DNA of 64,000 bases, taken from positions 16,984-80,983 of the forward strand of contig JAQGDQ010002404.1 in the NCBI GenBank assembly GCA_030141605.1, in the 5' to 3' direction. This document shows, piece after piece, positions 33,036 through 43,877 of the stretch. This DNA is from Tubiluchus corallicola. Taxonomy: Eukaryota; Animalia; Priapulida. A program made the translations under genes and the position numbers. Numbering within the stretch: position 1 is the stretch's first letter; each line of letters opens with the position of its first letter. A model generated the notes under the pieces. The model ran no database searches. It saw only the letters and a list, made by a program, of their open reading frames with translations, and was not told the origin of the DNA.

Positions 33036-35804
33036 TTAGTGAGCATCAAGCCAATTTTTAGCTGCATGTATTTCAACAGTGAGAGGTATCTGTATCTGTA
33101 CAGCATTTTCCATTTCAAATTTTACAATTTCCATCAATTCTTCCAGTTCGGGCTTATAGGCATCAAAGTTCAATTCATCGTGCACTTGCAGGATCATTTT
33201 TGATTTCATCCCTTTTTCCTCCATTTTGCGATGTATGTTTATCATTGCGATTTTTATAATATCTGCTGCAGATCCTTGTATAGGCGCATTGACGGCATTT
33301 CGCTCGGCTATTTTTCTTACCATAGTGTTAGCTGAGTTTATATCGTTGAGGTATCGTTTTCTTCCCATCATAGTTTTTACAAATCCGTCTTTGCGTGCTT
33401 GTTCTATCTGTTTGTCAATAAATTCTCTTACCATACCAAAGCTGCTAAAGTACCCATCTATCAGCTCTTTGGATTCGGCCCGGGGAATGTTAAGCCTTTG
33501 AGATAGTCCGAATGCAGAGATGCCGTATATAATTCCGAAGTTGGCGGTTTTGGCTTTTCTCCTCATTTCCGGTGTTACTCTGTCCATGTCTACACCAAAT
33601 ATCTTAGATGCTGTTGTTAGGTGTATGTCTTCACGTTTTCTGAATGCTTCGGCCATTTCATTATCTTGCGACATTGCTGCCATGATGCGAAGCTCTATTT
33701 GGGAGTAGTCGGCTGAGAGGTATATGTGTTCTTTGTCTGACGGGATAAATGCTCTTCTTATCTCTTTGCCACTTTCATCCCTGATGGGTATGTTTTGCAT
33801 GTTTGGGTTTTTCGAGCTAAGCCTACCCGTTGCCACTACGGTTTGATTAAAGGAGGTGTGTATTTTACCTGTCACTGGGTTTACCAACCTGGGAAGGGCT
33901 TCCACGTAGGTAGACAGCAGTTTTTTTATCCCCCTGTATTCTAATATTTTCTGAACGATAGAGTGTTTGTTTTGTAACTGTACCAATACCTCTTCACTGG
34001 TAGAGTATTGTTTTGTTTTTGTCTTTTTTGCTTTAGGATTGAGTTTTAACTTGTCAAAAAGGATTGTTCCCAGCTGTTTTGGCGAAGATATATTAAACTC
34101 TTCTCCAGCCAGTTCTGTTATTTCCTTTTCAAGGCCTATTGCTACATTTCTTAGATGTTCTGCATATGTCAACAACGCATTTTTATCTATTTTTACGCCC
34201 GATAGTTCCATTGAAACCAGTATTTTTACTAGTGGCATCTCTATTTCATGGAACAGCTTAGTCACACCGGTGCTCTCCATCTCTTTTAGAAGGATTGGTT
34301 TCAATCTTCGGGTTATATCAGCGTCTTCACAGGCGTATTCAAGTAGTTTTTCGGGGGGTACTTGCCTCATTGAGCGCTGATTTTTTCCACGCTCCCCAAT
34401 TAGGGACTCAATAGGTATTTTAATGTATCCTAAGTATATTTTGCTAAGGTAGTCAAGGTTGTGTCGTAGTTCAGGCTGTATAAGGTAGTGAGCGATCATG
34501 GTGTCGAAGTAAGGTTCTTTTACTTCAGCACCATAGCGAGTCAGTATTAGTATGTCGTATTTAATGTTTTGTCCTATTTTCAAAATATTTTCATCTTCAA
34601 AGACCGAAGCAAACTCCTGTATAATAGCTTTAGCTGGTTCTGGATCAGGCGGCAGAGGTACAAAGTAGGCTTCCGTGTCACGAAAAGAGAAGGATATTCC
34701 TATTGGTTCAGCTGTGTGAGGGTCCAGTCCGGTGGTTTCGACATCAAAACAGAACTCTTTTTCTGCCTTAAGTCTGGAGTGGAGTTCTGATCTTTTCTTC
34801 TCCGAATCGACCAGTACATAGTTATGGTTTGCAGAGGTTAGTTTTTCGTTTTGCTTTTCTACTTTATGAGGTGGTGTCACTGGTTGTGACATGTTTGCAA
34901 ATAGTGTACCTTCTCCAAATGCTATTTGTTGTGTAGCTCCATTGCCATACTGGGCGGCAAGTTTTGTGAATCCCAGATCATCAAATAGGTTGTGCAGCTT
35001 TTCTCTGTTGGGATCCACTTTGCTCATTTGTTCGGGTTTTATATCGAGCGGTACGTCCAGAACTATTGTTGCAAGTTTTTTGGATAGCCTCACCTGCTCT
35101 TCATTTTCTTGTAAGCGCTCTTTTTGTTTCCCTTTCAGCTTACCTGTGTTTTGATAGATGTTATCTATGTTTTCAAACTGTTCGATTAACTGCATTGCTG
35201 TTTTTGGTCCTACTCCCGGGCATCCGGGTATATTATCAGCAGTATCGCCCATAAGCGCTAAGATATCTATTACCTGTGTGGGGTTAGATACCCGGAAGTT
35301 ATCCATTACTTGCTCTACTCCCCAGATCTCCACATCATTCCCCATGCGCTTGGGTTTATACATAAATATGTTTTCGGATACTAGCTGGGCGTAGTCTTTG
35401 TCAGGGGTTATCATGTAGACTTCAAAGTCTTCTTTGCAGGCCTGTTTTGCTATGGTTCCGATAACATCATCCGCCTCATATCCCTTTTTTTCAATTATTG
35501 GAATATTGTAGGCCTCTATGATTTTTCGTATGTAGGGTATAGAGTTTCTAATATCTTCGGGCATCTCTTCACGTTGTGCCTTGTATTTTTTAAATATTTT
35601 GTGCCTGAATGTAGGTTCTGACATGTCAAAGGCTACCGCTATATGAGAGGGTTCTTCTTTTTTCAAAAGCTGCTCCAAAGTATTTGTAAAGCCGAATATT
35701 GCGGAGGTATTAATGCCCTTGGGGCTATATCGCGGGTTTTTTATGAAGGCGAAGTACGCCCTGTATATAAGTGCGTATGCATCAAGAAGAAATAGCTTTT
35801 TCAT
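33036..35804 (-). CDS. polA: DNA polymerase I
   Basis: 5'-3' exonuclease (LLDAYALIYRAYF, EADDVIG), 3'-5' exonuclease (FDVETTGLD), polymerase (TGRLSS, DYSQIELR, KTANFGIIYG, QVHDEL). -7 box TATCTTTG at 35876-35869. Confidence 0.98.
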   Translation of the reverse strand: MKKLFLLDAYALIYRAYFAFIKNPRYSPKGINTSAIFGFTNTLEQLLKKEEPSHIAVAFDMSEPTFRHKIFKKYKAQREEMPEDIRNSIPYIRKIIEAYNIPIIEKKGYEADDVIGTIAKQACKEDFEVYMITPDKDYAQLVSENIFMYKPKRMGNDVEIWGVEQVMDNFRVSNPTQVIDILALMGDTADNIPGCPGVGPKTAMQLIEQFENIDNIYQNTGKLKGKQKERLQENEEQVRLSKKLATIVLDVPLDIKPEQMSKVDPNREKLHNLFDDLGFTKLAAQYGNGATQQIAFGEGTLFANMSQPVTPPHKVEKQNEKLTSANHNYVLVDSEKKRSELHSRLKAEKEFCFDVETTGLDPHTAEPIGISFSFRDTEAYFVPLPPDPEPAKAIIQEFASVFEDENILKIGQNIKYDILILTRYGAEVKEPYFDTMIAHYLIQPELRHNLDYLSKIYLGYIKIPIESLIGERGKNQRSMRQVPPEKLLEYACEDADITRRLKPILLKEMESTGVTKLFHEIEMPLVKILVSMELSGVKIDKNALLTYAEHLRNVAIGLEKEITELAGEEFNISSPKQLGTILFDKLKLNPKAKKTKTKQYSTSEEVLVQLQNKHSIVQKILEYRGIKKLLSTYVEALPRLVNPVTGKIHTSFNQTVVATGRLSSKNPNMQNIPIRDESGKEIRRAFIPSDKEHIYLSADYSQIELRIMAAMSQDNEMAEAFRKREDIHLTTASKIFGVDMDRVTPEMRRKAKTANFGIIYGISAFGLSQRLNIPRAESKELIDGYFSSFGMVREFIDKQIEQARKDGFVKTMMGRKRYLNDINSANTMVRKIAERNAVNAPIQGSAADIIKIAMINIHRKMEEKGMKSKMILQVHDELNFDAYKPELEELMEIVKFEMENAVQIQIPLTVEIHAAKNWLDAH

Positions 35805-36500
35805 TATAAAGTACAGCCTGTTTTGCTGTTTTTGAAAGGGTAAATTGTTATGTTACATCAAGCTCACACAAAGATATAAATACTGGTATTTTTGCAAAAC
35901 TTATCTTTTTACTAAACTAATGTTATTCGTCAAAATCCTCATTTAGGTCACTACTGAAAGAGGTCAAAGGTGTTTTTCAACGTTGCCCGGTTTAATATGC
36001 CTGGGATGGGGCTCTTATTTTTAAAGAGTAATAGAGTCAGGGTTTTAGTAATTGATCCCCATTCAGGTTATTTAGTGATAGGTATGATCTTTTTCCTAAT
36101 GTTTCTCGTAGGATGGAGCGTGCATAATGAAAGTTTTATCTATATTTTAGTGTGAGCATTTGTTGCAAGCAGTTTCTACATGAGTAAGAGCATGAGTGGT
36201 AACTATCGATGTAGAGCTCAGTTTTGAGCTGCTTGGAGTGTTATGGTTTTATTCTTACTTATAATTATTTAGCAAGGACATGTCAATACACTGTTGAGTG
36301 GATATACCGGGGATAGCTTTTGCATATGTAATACTTAATGCTAATTAGGGGTCTTTTTCACACTGAATTGCCTTGTTTGATTGCACAGTTTTTAATAGTT
36401 TCAAAATTTTGCTTAAGTTCGTTCTGACAGGTTTTCTGTTTTTATTTATGGTTTTAAGAGTCATATAAAAATATAGTAGTATATAACTCATCTTATTATT

Positions 36501-37673
36501 GTGCCGATATTTAAGTTAGCACTTAGAAACCTTTTAGGGGCGGGGCTCAGAGTATGGCTCAACGCTTTTGTTCTCTCTTTGTCATATGTTTTGATTATAT
36601 GGCATCAGGGTATTATAGATGGCTGGGATATGCAGGCTAAGCGTGATATGATTGCGTGGGAGGTTGGCGGAGGTCAGTTTTGGCATCCCGATTACGATCC
36701 TTATGATCCATTTACACTTGAAAGCTGTCATGCGCCTATTCCGGAAGAGTTACAGCAGGTGGTGGATAGCGGAGCTGTTGTGCCTATTGTTATTTCACAA
36801 GGCACATTATATCCTGCGGGTAGGATGCAGTCGGTAATATTAAAGGGTATTCCTCCGGAGCAGACCGTTTTGGAGCTTCCGACTTCAGTTCTGAAGGGTG
36901 GTGGTTTTTTAGCTTCAGCGCTGATAGGCAAGAGGATGGCTAAAAGCTGTGAGCTTGATAAGGGAGATATAGTTCTTGTTAGGTGGCGTGACTCTAATGG
37001 CACATTTGATGCGACTGAGATAGTGATTGCAGATGTGTTTGACACCAATGTTCCTGCTGTAGATATGGGTGTTGTGTGGCTCTCTTTGGAAGGGTTGCAA
37101 GGCATGCTGCAGCTGCCTGGTGAAGCTACCATGCTTGTAGTGTCTTCCGAATATCGGGAGTTGTCGGATATGGGAGGTTGGAGTTATAAGTCGGTGGATG
37201 AGCTTACTGTTGATCTTACCCGGGTTATAAAATCGAAGTCGATTGGCGGTTCGGTGCTTTATGTGGTTCTTATGGCGTTAGCTATGCTTGCTGTGTTTGA
37301 CACACAGGTTTTATCGGTCTTCAGGCGGCAGAAAGAGATTGGGCTGTTCATGGCTTTAGGAATGACCCGGCGAGGTGTTGTGTGGCTTTTTACTCTTGAG
37401 GGAGCTATGAACTCTTTGTTTGCGCTATTTATGGCTGCAGTTTACGGATTACCACTGTTCTATTACACTTCTGCAAAAGGCTATTCAATGCCTGCTGGTA
37501 GTGATGAGTATGGCTTGGCTATTGCGGAAATTATATATCCCGAGTATGGTTTGGGTCTAGTGCTGGGTACTATTGCTTTTATAGTGATAGCAACAACAGT
37601 TGTAAGCTATCTGCCATCCGGGAAGATATCGAACATGAACCCGACTGATGCAATAAGAGGAAGGCTACAATGA
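36501..37673 (+). CDS. ABC transporter permease, FtsX/MacB/LolE type
   Basis: LALRNL start, large periplasmic loop, RQKEIGLFMALGM, C-terminal NPTDAIR. Confidence 0.88.
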   Translation: MPIFKLALRNLLGAGLRVWLNAFVLSLSYVLIIWHQGIIDGWDMQAKRDMIAWEVGGGQFWHPDYDPYDPFTLESCHAPIPEELQQVVDSGAVVPIVISQGTLYPAGRMQSVILKGIPPEQTVLELPTSVLKGGGFLASALIGKRMAKSCELDKGDIVLVRWRDSNGTFDATEIVIADVFDTNVPAVDMGVVWLSLEGLQGMLQLPGEATMLVVSSEYRELSDMGGWSYKSVDELTVDLTRVIKSKSIGGSVLYVVLMALAMLAVFDTQVLSVFRRQKEIGLFMALGMTRRGVVWLFTLEGAMNSLFALFMAAVYGLPLFYYTSAKGYSMPAGSDEYGLAIAEIIYPEYGLGLVLGTIAFIVIATTVVSYLPSGKISNMNPTDAIRGRLQ

Positions 37674-38947
37674 TACTATTTTTGTATAGAGGATTGTTCC
37701 GGGATAAGCAGCGCAGTAAGTTGCCTGTGATAATTGTTAGCCTGGGAGTTATGCTGACCGTTCTTCTGTCGTGTTGGGTTGAGGGTGTGGTGAGCAACGG
37801 TATAGATATGAATGCGCGTTTTAGCACTGGGCATGTTAAAGTGATGTCCGGGCCATATGCCGATCATGAAGAGCAGGTACCTAATGATCTTGCACTGATG
37901 GATGTTTCCGGGTTGGTAGATGAGTTGAAGGAGATCTATCCTGATATGCACTGGGTGGAGCGGATCCGCCTTGGCGGGTTGCTGGATGTTCCTGATGAGC
38001 TAGGGGAGACAAAGTCACAAGGCCCGGTTAGCGGTATTGCTATAGATCTTTTTAATGATAATCAGGGGGAGCTTGAGCGCCTGAACATATCCCGTTCGCT
38101 TGTGAAAGGTGGGCGTATACCTGAGTTGCCGGGAGAGGTTCTTTTAAGTGATAGTTTTGCTGTGAAGATGGGGGTATCTCCCGGTGATAATATAACAATA
38201 ATAAGCTCTACTATGCATGGTGGTATGGCGTTTTATAATTTGACGCTAGTCGGAACTGTGAATTTTGGTTCTGCTTACCTTGACAGGGGTACCATAATAG
38301 TTGATATTTCTGATGCAAGGCTTATACTTGACATGCATGATGCAGCGGGTGAGATACTGGGGTACTTTGATGATGGTTATTATAATGATAAGCTTGCCGT
38401 AGCTATTTCCAGTACTTTTAACAAGAGGCATGCAGGGTCTGATGATGAGTTTGCTCCGGTTATGGTTGCGCTAAGTGGTAGGCAGTATTTGGGGCAGATG
38501 CTTTCAATGGCAAAAAATATGGGAGCTATTGTTTCTACCGTGTTTATTGTAATAATGTCAATAGTCCTTTGGAATGCTGGGATTCTTGGGGGATTGCGCC
38601 GCTATGGTGAGTTTGGGCTTCGGCTGGCTGTAGGCGAGGGTAGAGGGCATATTTATGGATCCCTGGTTGGGGAGTCTGTTATTGTAGGTGTTACAGGCTC
38701 TATTTTGGGTACGTTTGCAGGTTTGTTATTGGCTTGGTGGCTACAGAGCTACGGGATTGATTTTTCCAAAGTAATGAAGAATGTAAGTATGATGATACCG
38801 ACGGTTTACAGGGCACGCATAACCCCGGAGGCTTTTTATATAGGGCTTGTGCCGGGCATGCTTTCAACCGTAATGGGGGCAATGCTTTCCGGGATAGGGA
38901 TATACAGGCGCGGGACGGCAGGTTTGTTTAAAGAGCTTGAGAATTAA
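37670..38947 (+). CDS. ABC transporter permease, FtsX/MacB/LolE type
   Basis: RDKQRS, TGHVKV, RRYGEFGLRLAVG; overlaps the previous stop (ATGA). Confidence 0.88.
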   Translation: MILFLYRGLFRDKQRSKLPVIIVSLGVMLTVLLSCWVEGVVSNGIDMNARFSTGHVKVMSGPYADHEEQVPNDLALMDVSGLVDELKEIYPDMHWVERIRLGGLLDVPDELGETKSQGPVSGIAIDLFNDNQGELERLNISRSLVKGGRIPELPGEVLLSDSFAVKMGVSPGDNITIISSTMHGGMAFYNLTLVGTVNFGSAYLDRGTIIVDISDARLILDMHDAAGEILGYFDDGYYNDKLAVAISSTFNKRHAGSDDEFAPVMVALSGRQYLGQMLSMAKNMGAIVSTVFIVIMSIVLWNAGILGGLRRYGEFGLRLAVGEGRGHIYGSLVGESVIVGVTGSILGTFAGLLLAWWLQSYGIDFSKVMKNVSMMIPTVYRARITPEAFYIGLVPGMLSTVMGAMLSGIGIYRRGTAGLFKELEN

Positions 38948-39115
38948 GCTATGAGGCTGTTTTTTGTAGTGTAAAGTGTGGTTCAGTCTGAAGGGTAACA
39001 GTGTAAGAGTCGCAATTTACAGAGGCAAGTGAGTATTTTTGACGGAAGTGTAAAAGAGATGAGTTTTGCAAGGTCGAGGTCAGGTGTATAGGTAGTGTAA
39101 AAGTTAAGAGCAGAT

Positions 39116-39853
39116 ATGGTAAGAAAATTGATAGTGGTTTTTATGATGTTGCCTCTTTTTGCTTTGGGCGGGTATCCTGAAGGGAAAGATGTTTTGGCGC
39201 GTATTGATAAAAATATGACTTCGACGAATAGCGTTATTGTGGCAAAAATGATTGTCCATGGAAGGCGTTTAAGTCGTACTATGGAGTTTAAAACCTGGTC
39301 GGAAGGGGAGGATAATGGGTTTACCGAGTATTTTTCTCCCGCAAGGGAGAAGGGCACAAAGATGCTTAAGCAGGGAGATAGGTTGTGGATTTACTCTCCT
39401 TCGACGGACCGTATTATTCAAATATCAGGTCATATGTTGCGTCAGTCTGTTATGGGTTCTGACTTGTCGTATGAAGATATGATGGAAGAGCAGGAGTTGG
39501 CACTTCATTATGATGCTGTTGTTGTTGGAGAGGAGCAGATAGAGGGGAGGGACTGTCTGATAGTTAACCTTACTGCCAAGAGGGAAGGCGTTGCATATTA
39601 CAAGCGTAAGTTGTGGGTAGATAGTGAGCGGTTTGTGCCGGTGAAAGAGGAGCTTTTTGCTAAAAGTGGTAAGCTTTTAAAGAGAACAGAGATGTTTGAT
39701 ATTACCAATATTGATGGGAGATGGTATCCTAAAAGACTTATTTTTAAGGATATGCTAAAGCAGGGAAAGGGGACAGAGTTTATTATTGATAAAATAGAGT
39801 TTAATGTTGATATTCCTGGGTATATTTTTAACAAAGCTTCTTTAAAAAAGTAG
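39116..39853 (+). CDS. LolA-like outer-membrane lipoprotein-sorting protein
   Basis: SPAREKGTKMLK, LWIYSPSTDR, SVMGSDLSYED. Confidence 0.87.
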   Translation: MVRKLIVVFMMLPLFALGGYPEGKDVLARIDKNMTSTNSVIVAKMIVHGRRLSRTMEFKTWSEGEDNGFTEYFSPAREKGTKMLKQGDRLWIYSPSTDRIIQISGHMLRQSVMGSDLSYEDMMEEQELALHYDAVVVGEEQIEGRDCLIVNLTAKREGVAYYKRKLWVDSERFVPVKEELFAKSGKLLKRTEMFDITNIDGRWYPKRLIFKDMLKQGKGTEFIIDKIEFNVDIPGYIFNKASLKK

Positions 39854-39953
39854 GTGTTATGGTAAAAGTAGGTGTTATGGTAAAAGTAGGTGTTATGGTA
39901 AAAGTAGGTGTTATGGTAAAAGTAGGTGTTATGGTAAAAGTAGGTGTTATGGT
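39846..39953. repeat. 18-bp perfect tandem repeat x6 (AAAAGTAGGTGTTATGGT)
   Basis: Six exact copies; the first contains the TAG stop of the LolA-like gene. Confidence 0.97.
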
Positions 39954-40032
39954 AATAGTGTAGTGCTTTTAACTTGCCTATAGATTTTCATTTTATTTAA
40001 ATAGTGTTAGCTTTGTAAATAAATCTGTGATT

Positions 40033-40323
40033 ATGACAGAACGAGAGCTTGCTTTATTGACTGAATTTAGGGAGAATATTAGGAGGCTGATTGGGTTGTG
40101 TGATCGGATAAAGATGGAGAATAGCCGACTGATAGAAAAGAATGTGGGACTGCAGGAGCAGATAGATCTTCTTAGCCAAAAGGGGGCGGCTCTTGATAAA
40201 AAGAATGAGGAGATGGAGTTTGCAAAGTCGTTGCTGGGACTTGAAGATCCTAGTAATGCCAAAGCTAAAATAAGTAAAATTGTACGGGAGATTGATAGTT
40301 GTATTGCCTTAATGAGTGATTGA
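40033..40323 (+). CDS. Coiled-coil protein upstream of zapA (ZapB-like)
   Basis: Coiled coil ending AKAKISKIVREIDSCIAL, typical of Bacteroidota; -7 box TAGCTTTG at 40008-40015. Confidence 0.8.
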   Translation: MTERELALLTEFRENIRRLIGLCDRIKMENSRLIEKNVGLQEQIDLLSQKGAALDKKNEEMEFAKSLLGLEDPSNAKAKISKIVREIDSCIALMSD

Positions 40324-40336
40324 GTAGTTTATAGAG

Positions 40337-40624
40337 ATGGAAGATAAACTTTTAGTAAAGATTATTATAGCTGATCGTTCCTACCCACTGCGTGTAAGTA
40401 GGGATGAAGAGGAGAAGATAAGGAAGGCTGCGAAAGTTATTAATGATAAGGTGTTGCAGTACAAGGAGCGTTACCCAAGTAAGAATAGCCAGGACTGTTT
40501 GGCTATGTGTGCATTACATATTGTAATACAGAAGCTTGACGTTGATGTCAGAAACGATATATTGCCTTTGATGGAAGAGGTTGAAGAGATGAATGACCTG
40601 CTTGCGGGGTATCTTGAGGAATAG
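40337..40624 (+). CDS. zapA: Cell division protein ZapA
   Basis: IADRSYPL...EEEKIRKAAK..N...Y...QDCLAMCAL. Confidence 0.92.
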   Translation: MEDKLLVKIIIADRSYPLRVSRDEEEKIRKAAKVINDKVLQYKERYPSKNSQDCLAMCALHIVIQKLDVDVRNDILPLMEEVEEMNDLLAGYLEE

Positions 40625-40639
40625 ATAGTCTGTAGCAGT

Positions 40640-40735
40640 ATAACACCCGTAGGTGATATTTGCCCGCATTTTACTTTTTAAAGCGAGTTGTAAAAATACA
40701 GTGCTTTGAAGTGTTGAGATAGCGGGTTTTTTTGT
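40640..40735 (+). ncRNA. Candidate 6S-like structured RNA between zapA and rny
   Basis: Syntenic position typical of 6S RNA; GCCCGC (40662) pairs with GCGGGT (40722), followed by a U-tract. Shorter than canonical 6S. Confidence 0.3.
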
Positions 40736-40767
40736 ATGTAAAACATAAAATTAAATTAAAATTAGAT

Positions 40768-42321
40768 ATGTCAATAACAGGGTTTATAGTTGTTGCTTTT
40801 ATAGTTGGAGTTCTTGCTTCCTATTTTATATGGAATTTTGCTTTAAGAAGGAAGAAGAGCAGGCTGTTGAATGAGGCGGAGGTTCATTCCGAGATGCTGA
40901 GAGAGAAGAGGATTCTTCAGGCAAAAGAGAAGTTTATCCAGTTGAAAGCAAAGCATGAGAAGTATATAAATGAAAAGCGGGTAGGTGTTTCCGAGGCGGA
41001 GAACAGGTTGAAGCAGAAAGAGGCATCTTTTATCCAGCGCAGGGATGAGTTTCAGAAAAGGGTAAAAGATTTTGAGATTTCCAAAAAGGAGGTTGAGTCT
41101 GTACGTCAAAACTTTAATAACCAACTGAAGGCTGTTGAGTTAAAGAGAGAGGAGCTTGCCAAAATGCATAAGCGGCAGGTAGACCAGTTGGAGCAGATAT
41201 CGGAGCTTTCTGCTGAAGAGGCTAAAAAGCAGCTTGTTGAGTCTTTAAAAGGGGAGGCTAAGAGTGAGGCTATGTCTTATGTTCAAGAGGTAATGGATGA
41301 TGCCAAGATGACTGCGAACAAGGAGGCTAAGAAGGTTATAATCAAGTCCATACAGAGGGTGGCAACAGAGACGGCTATAGAGAATGCTGTTACTATTTTC
41401 CATATCGATAATGATGAGATAAAGGGGCGAATTATAGGGCGTGAAGGGCGTAATATACGGGCTCTAGAAGCAGCTACAGGTGTAGAGATAGTGGTAGATG
41501 ACACTCCTGAGGCTATAGTGCTGTCTGCCTTTGATCCAGTTCGCCGTGAGGTTGCACGTCTTGCGTTGCACAGGCTTGTAACAGATGGGAGGATCCACCC
41601 TGCCCGTATCGAAGAGGTTGTGAATAAGATAAAGACCCAGATTGAGGAGGAGGTTGTAGAGGCGGGTAAAAGAACTTGTATTGATTTGGGTATACACGGT
41701 ATGCATCCTGAGTTGATAAGGCTAACAGGCAAGATGAAGTATCGTTCGTCGTATGGACAAAACCTGCTTCAGCATTCGCGAGAGACAGCTAATTTGTGTG
41801 CAATAATGGCAGTGGAGCTTGGGCTGAACCCTAAGCGCGCAAAGCGGGCAGGCCTGCTTCATGATATAGGTAAGGTGCCTGATGATGAGCCGGAACTGCC
41901 TCACTCAATATTGGGTATGAATCTTGCGGAGAAGTATAAGGAGAAGCCGGATATTTGCAATGCCATTGGTTCTCATCATGATGAGGTTGAGATGACCAGT
42001 CTGCTTGCACCAATAGTACAGGCTTGTGATGCTATATCTGGTGCCCGGCCGGGTGCCCGCCGGGAGGCTGTGGAGTCGTATATAAAGAGGTTAAAGGATC
42101 TTGAGGCGATGGCACTATCTTATCCCGGTGTGGTGAAAACATATGCTATTCAGGCAGGGCGCGAGCTACGTGTGATCGTGGGAAGCGATAAGCTTACTGA
42201 TAATGAGACGGAGCAGTTGTCGTACGATATAGCTAAAAAGATACAGGATGAGATGACTTATCCCGGGCAGGTAAAAGTTACCGTTATAAGGGAGACCCGT
42301 GCTGTGAATTATGCTAAATAG
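40768..42321 (+). CDS. rny: Ribonuclease Y
   Basis: TM anchor, coiled coil, KH domain [15 protein letters not shown] domain ([15 protein letters not shown]), [15 protein letters not shown]. Confidence 0.97.
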   Translation: MSITGFIVVAFIVGVLASYFIWNFALRRKKSRLLNEAEVHSEMLREKRILQAKEKFIQLKAKHEKYINEKRVGVSEAENRLKQKEASFIQRRDEFQKRVKDFEISKKEVESVRQNFNNQLKAVELKREELAKMHKRQVDQLEQISELSAEEAKKQLVESLKGEAKSEAMSYVQEVMDDAKMTANKEAKKVIIKSIQRVATETAIENAVTIFHIDNDEIKGRIIGREGRNIRALEAATGVEIVVDDTPEAIVLSAFDPVRREVARLALHRLVTDGRIHPARIEEVVNKIKTQIEEEVVEAGKRTCIDLGIHGMHPELIRLTGKMKYRSSYGQNLLQHSRETANLCAIMAVELGLNPKRAKRAGLLHDIGKVPDDEPELPHSILGMNLAEKYKEKPDICNAIGSHHDEVEMTSLLAPIVQACDAISGARPGARREAVESYIKRLKDLEAMALSYPGVVKTYAIQAGRELRVIVGSDKLTDNETEQLSYDIAKKIQDEMTYPGQVKVTVIRETRAVNYAK

Positions 42322-42434
42322 GTATAGCTATTTTTTGTTGAAGTATTTTTTAAATTCTAATTATATTTTGCACTTGTAAGAGTTGCGATATCAAGTATTA
42401 TTCTTGCCACATAGTGATATAAAAAGTTAAAGAA

Positions 42435-42992
42435 ATGAGAAGGGCGTTATTGACATTTTTGATTCTATCGTGTTTTGCTGTTGGAGCCATATCACAAGAA
42501 TCACAGGAAAAGAATTTTACCGGTAGATTATCGGTGGGTGCTCAGTTGGGGCAGTATCAAAAGGATTTTGGGTTTGGGATGCATATAACAAGCCCATATT
42601 TTAAAGATTTAGTGGCTGTCAGAGCGAGAGGGAATTTTATGTGGAATGAGTACCTCAGATATACGGGAGACACTGGAGATACTTATATAGCGACCCAGGG
42701 GTCGTATTCAAATGTGTCTATGGGTCTTCTTGCAGGCAGGAAGGTATCAGATTTTGCTCGCTTTTATGGAGAGGCTGGAGCTATTTTTCTGTTTCCGCCA
42801 TGTGCGCTTTCGCCAGACAATTATAATGCCGGATTTTACGGACTGCTCGGTTTCGAATTTTTTATAAGTAAGCGATCCGGCTGTTTTATCGATATAGGTG
42901 GTGTTAAAGGAGCAAGAGCGACTGAAGTGATATATGACCCGTTTTATTCAAACGGATTACTGGTACATGCGGGATACAGGTTTTATTTATAA
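42435..42992 (+). CDS. Small outer-membrane beta-barrel hypothetical protein
   Basis: Signal peptide, amphipathic strands, C-terminal AGYRFYL. Confidence 0.7.
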   Translation: MRRALLTFLILSCFAVGAISQESQEKNFTGRLSVGAQLGQYQKDFGFGMHITSPYFKDLVAVRARGNFMWNEYLRYTGDTGDTYIATQGSYSNVSMGLLAGRKVSDFARFYGEAGAIFLFPPCALSPDNYNAGFYGLLGFEFFISKRSGCFIDIGGVKGARATEVIYDPFYSNGLLVHAGYRFYL

Positions 42993-43877
42993 GCTGTTGT
43001 TTTGTTCTACAAGCCTGTTAAGTACTGTTTCTACTAGTTTTTCCACAATAGGGTGGTAGTTTTCGTTTGCTTCGCCCGAAGCTCTGTTGGCTATTATTGT
43101 GCACACGGTGAGGGCACGGTGTCCTAGTAAGCGGCTTAGGCCGTATATGCCAGAGCACTCCATTTCTAGGTTGGTTATTTTAAGCCCTTCATATCTAAAT
43201 GTTTTTAGTTTGTTGTTTAGGTTTTTGTCTACAACTTTCAGGCGCAGTTCGCGTCCTTGTGGGCCATAAAACCCCGGAGCAGAGACAGTAATTACTGGAG
43301 CTATATCTTTTTTGCAAATTTTGTTGAAGAGGTGCCTGTCGGCATCGACCACATAAGGAGATGAGAGCATTTTATTCCACGCGGTATGGTTTTTGAAAGC
43401 CTTTTCAAGCTTTAAGTCTGATATGTTAATCCTTTCGGAATAATAGTTGAGTAATCCGTCAAAGCCGATTGCTTTTTGTGACGCAATGTATGAGTTGAGT
43501 TCTGTATCCTCTTGCAGTGAGCCGGATGTCCCTATTCTTACAACGTTTAGTGCTGTGTGTCTCTTTTTGGGGACCCTCTTTTTCAAATCAATATTTACAA
43601 GGGCATCCAACTCATTCATGACAATATCAATATTGTCTGTGCCTATACCTGTAGATAGTGCTGTTATTTTTGTGTTTTTATAGGTTCCTGTTGTGCTGAG
43701 GAACTCCCTGTTCCCGCCACTATAGCTTATAGTGTCAAAGTGGTTCGATATTACTTTTACACGAGCAGGATCTCCAACCAATATAACGTTTTCTGCAAGG
43801 TCTCTGGGTTTCATATGGAGATGAAAGATTGTTCCATCCCTGTTTATGATGAGTTCTGAAGGTTTTATTTTGTGCAT
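42987..43877 (-). CDS. Nucleoside phosphorylase (uridine phosphorylase/PNP_UDP_1 family)
   Basis: LVGDPARV, REF, STGIGTDNIDI, RIGTSGSLQ, GFYGPQGR, NLEME. Confidence 0.92.
   Translation of the reverse strand: MHKIKPSELIINRDGTIFHLHMKPRDLAENVILVGDPARVKVISNHFDTISYSGGNREFLSTTGTYKNTKITALSTGIGTDNIDIVMNELDALVNIDLKKRVPKKRHTALNVVRIGTSGSLQEDTELNSYIASQKAIGFDGLLNYYSERINISDLKLEKAFKNHTAWNKMLSSPYVVDADRHLFNKICKKDIAPVITVSAPGFYGPQGRELRLKVVDKNLNNKLKTFRYEGLKITNLEMECSGIYGLSRLLGHRALTVCTIIANRASGEANENYHPIVEKLVETVLNRLVEQNNSL

Noticed and set aside
39846-39953. CRISPR or iteron array
   Set aside because: Head-to-tail 18-mers with no spacers and no rep gene.
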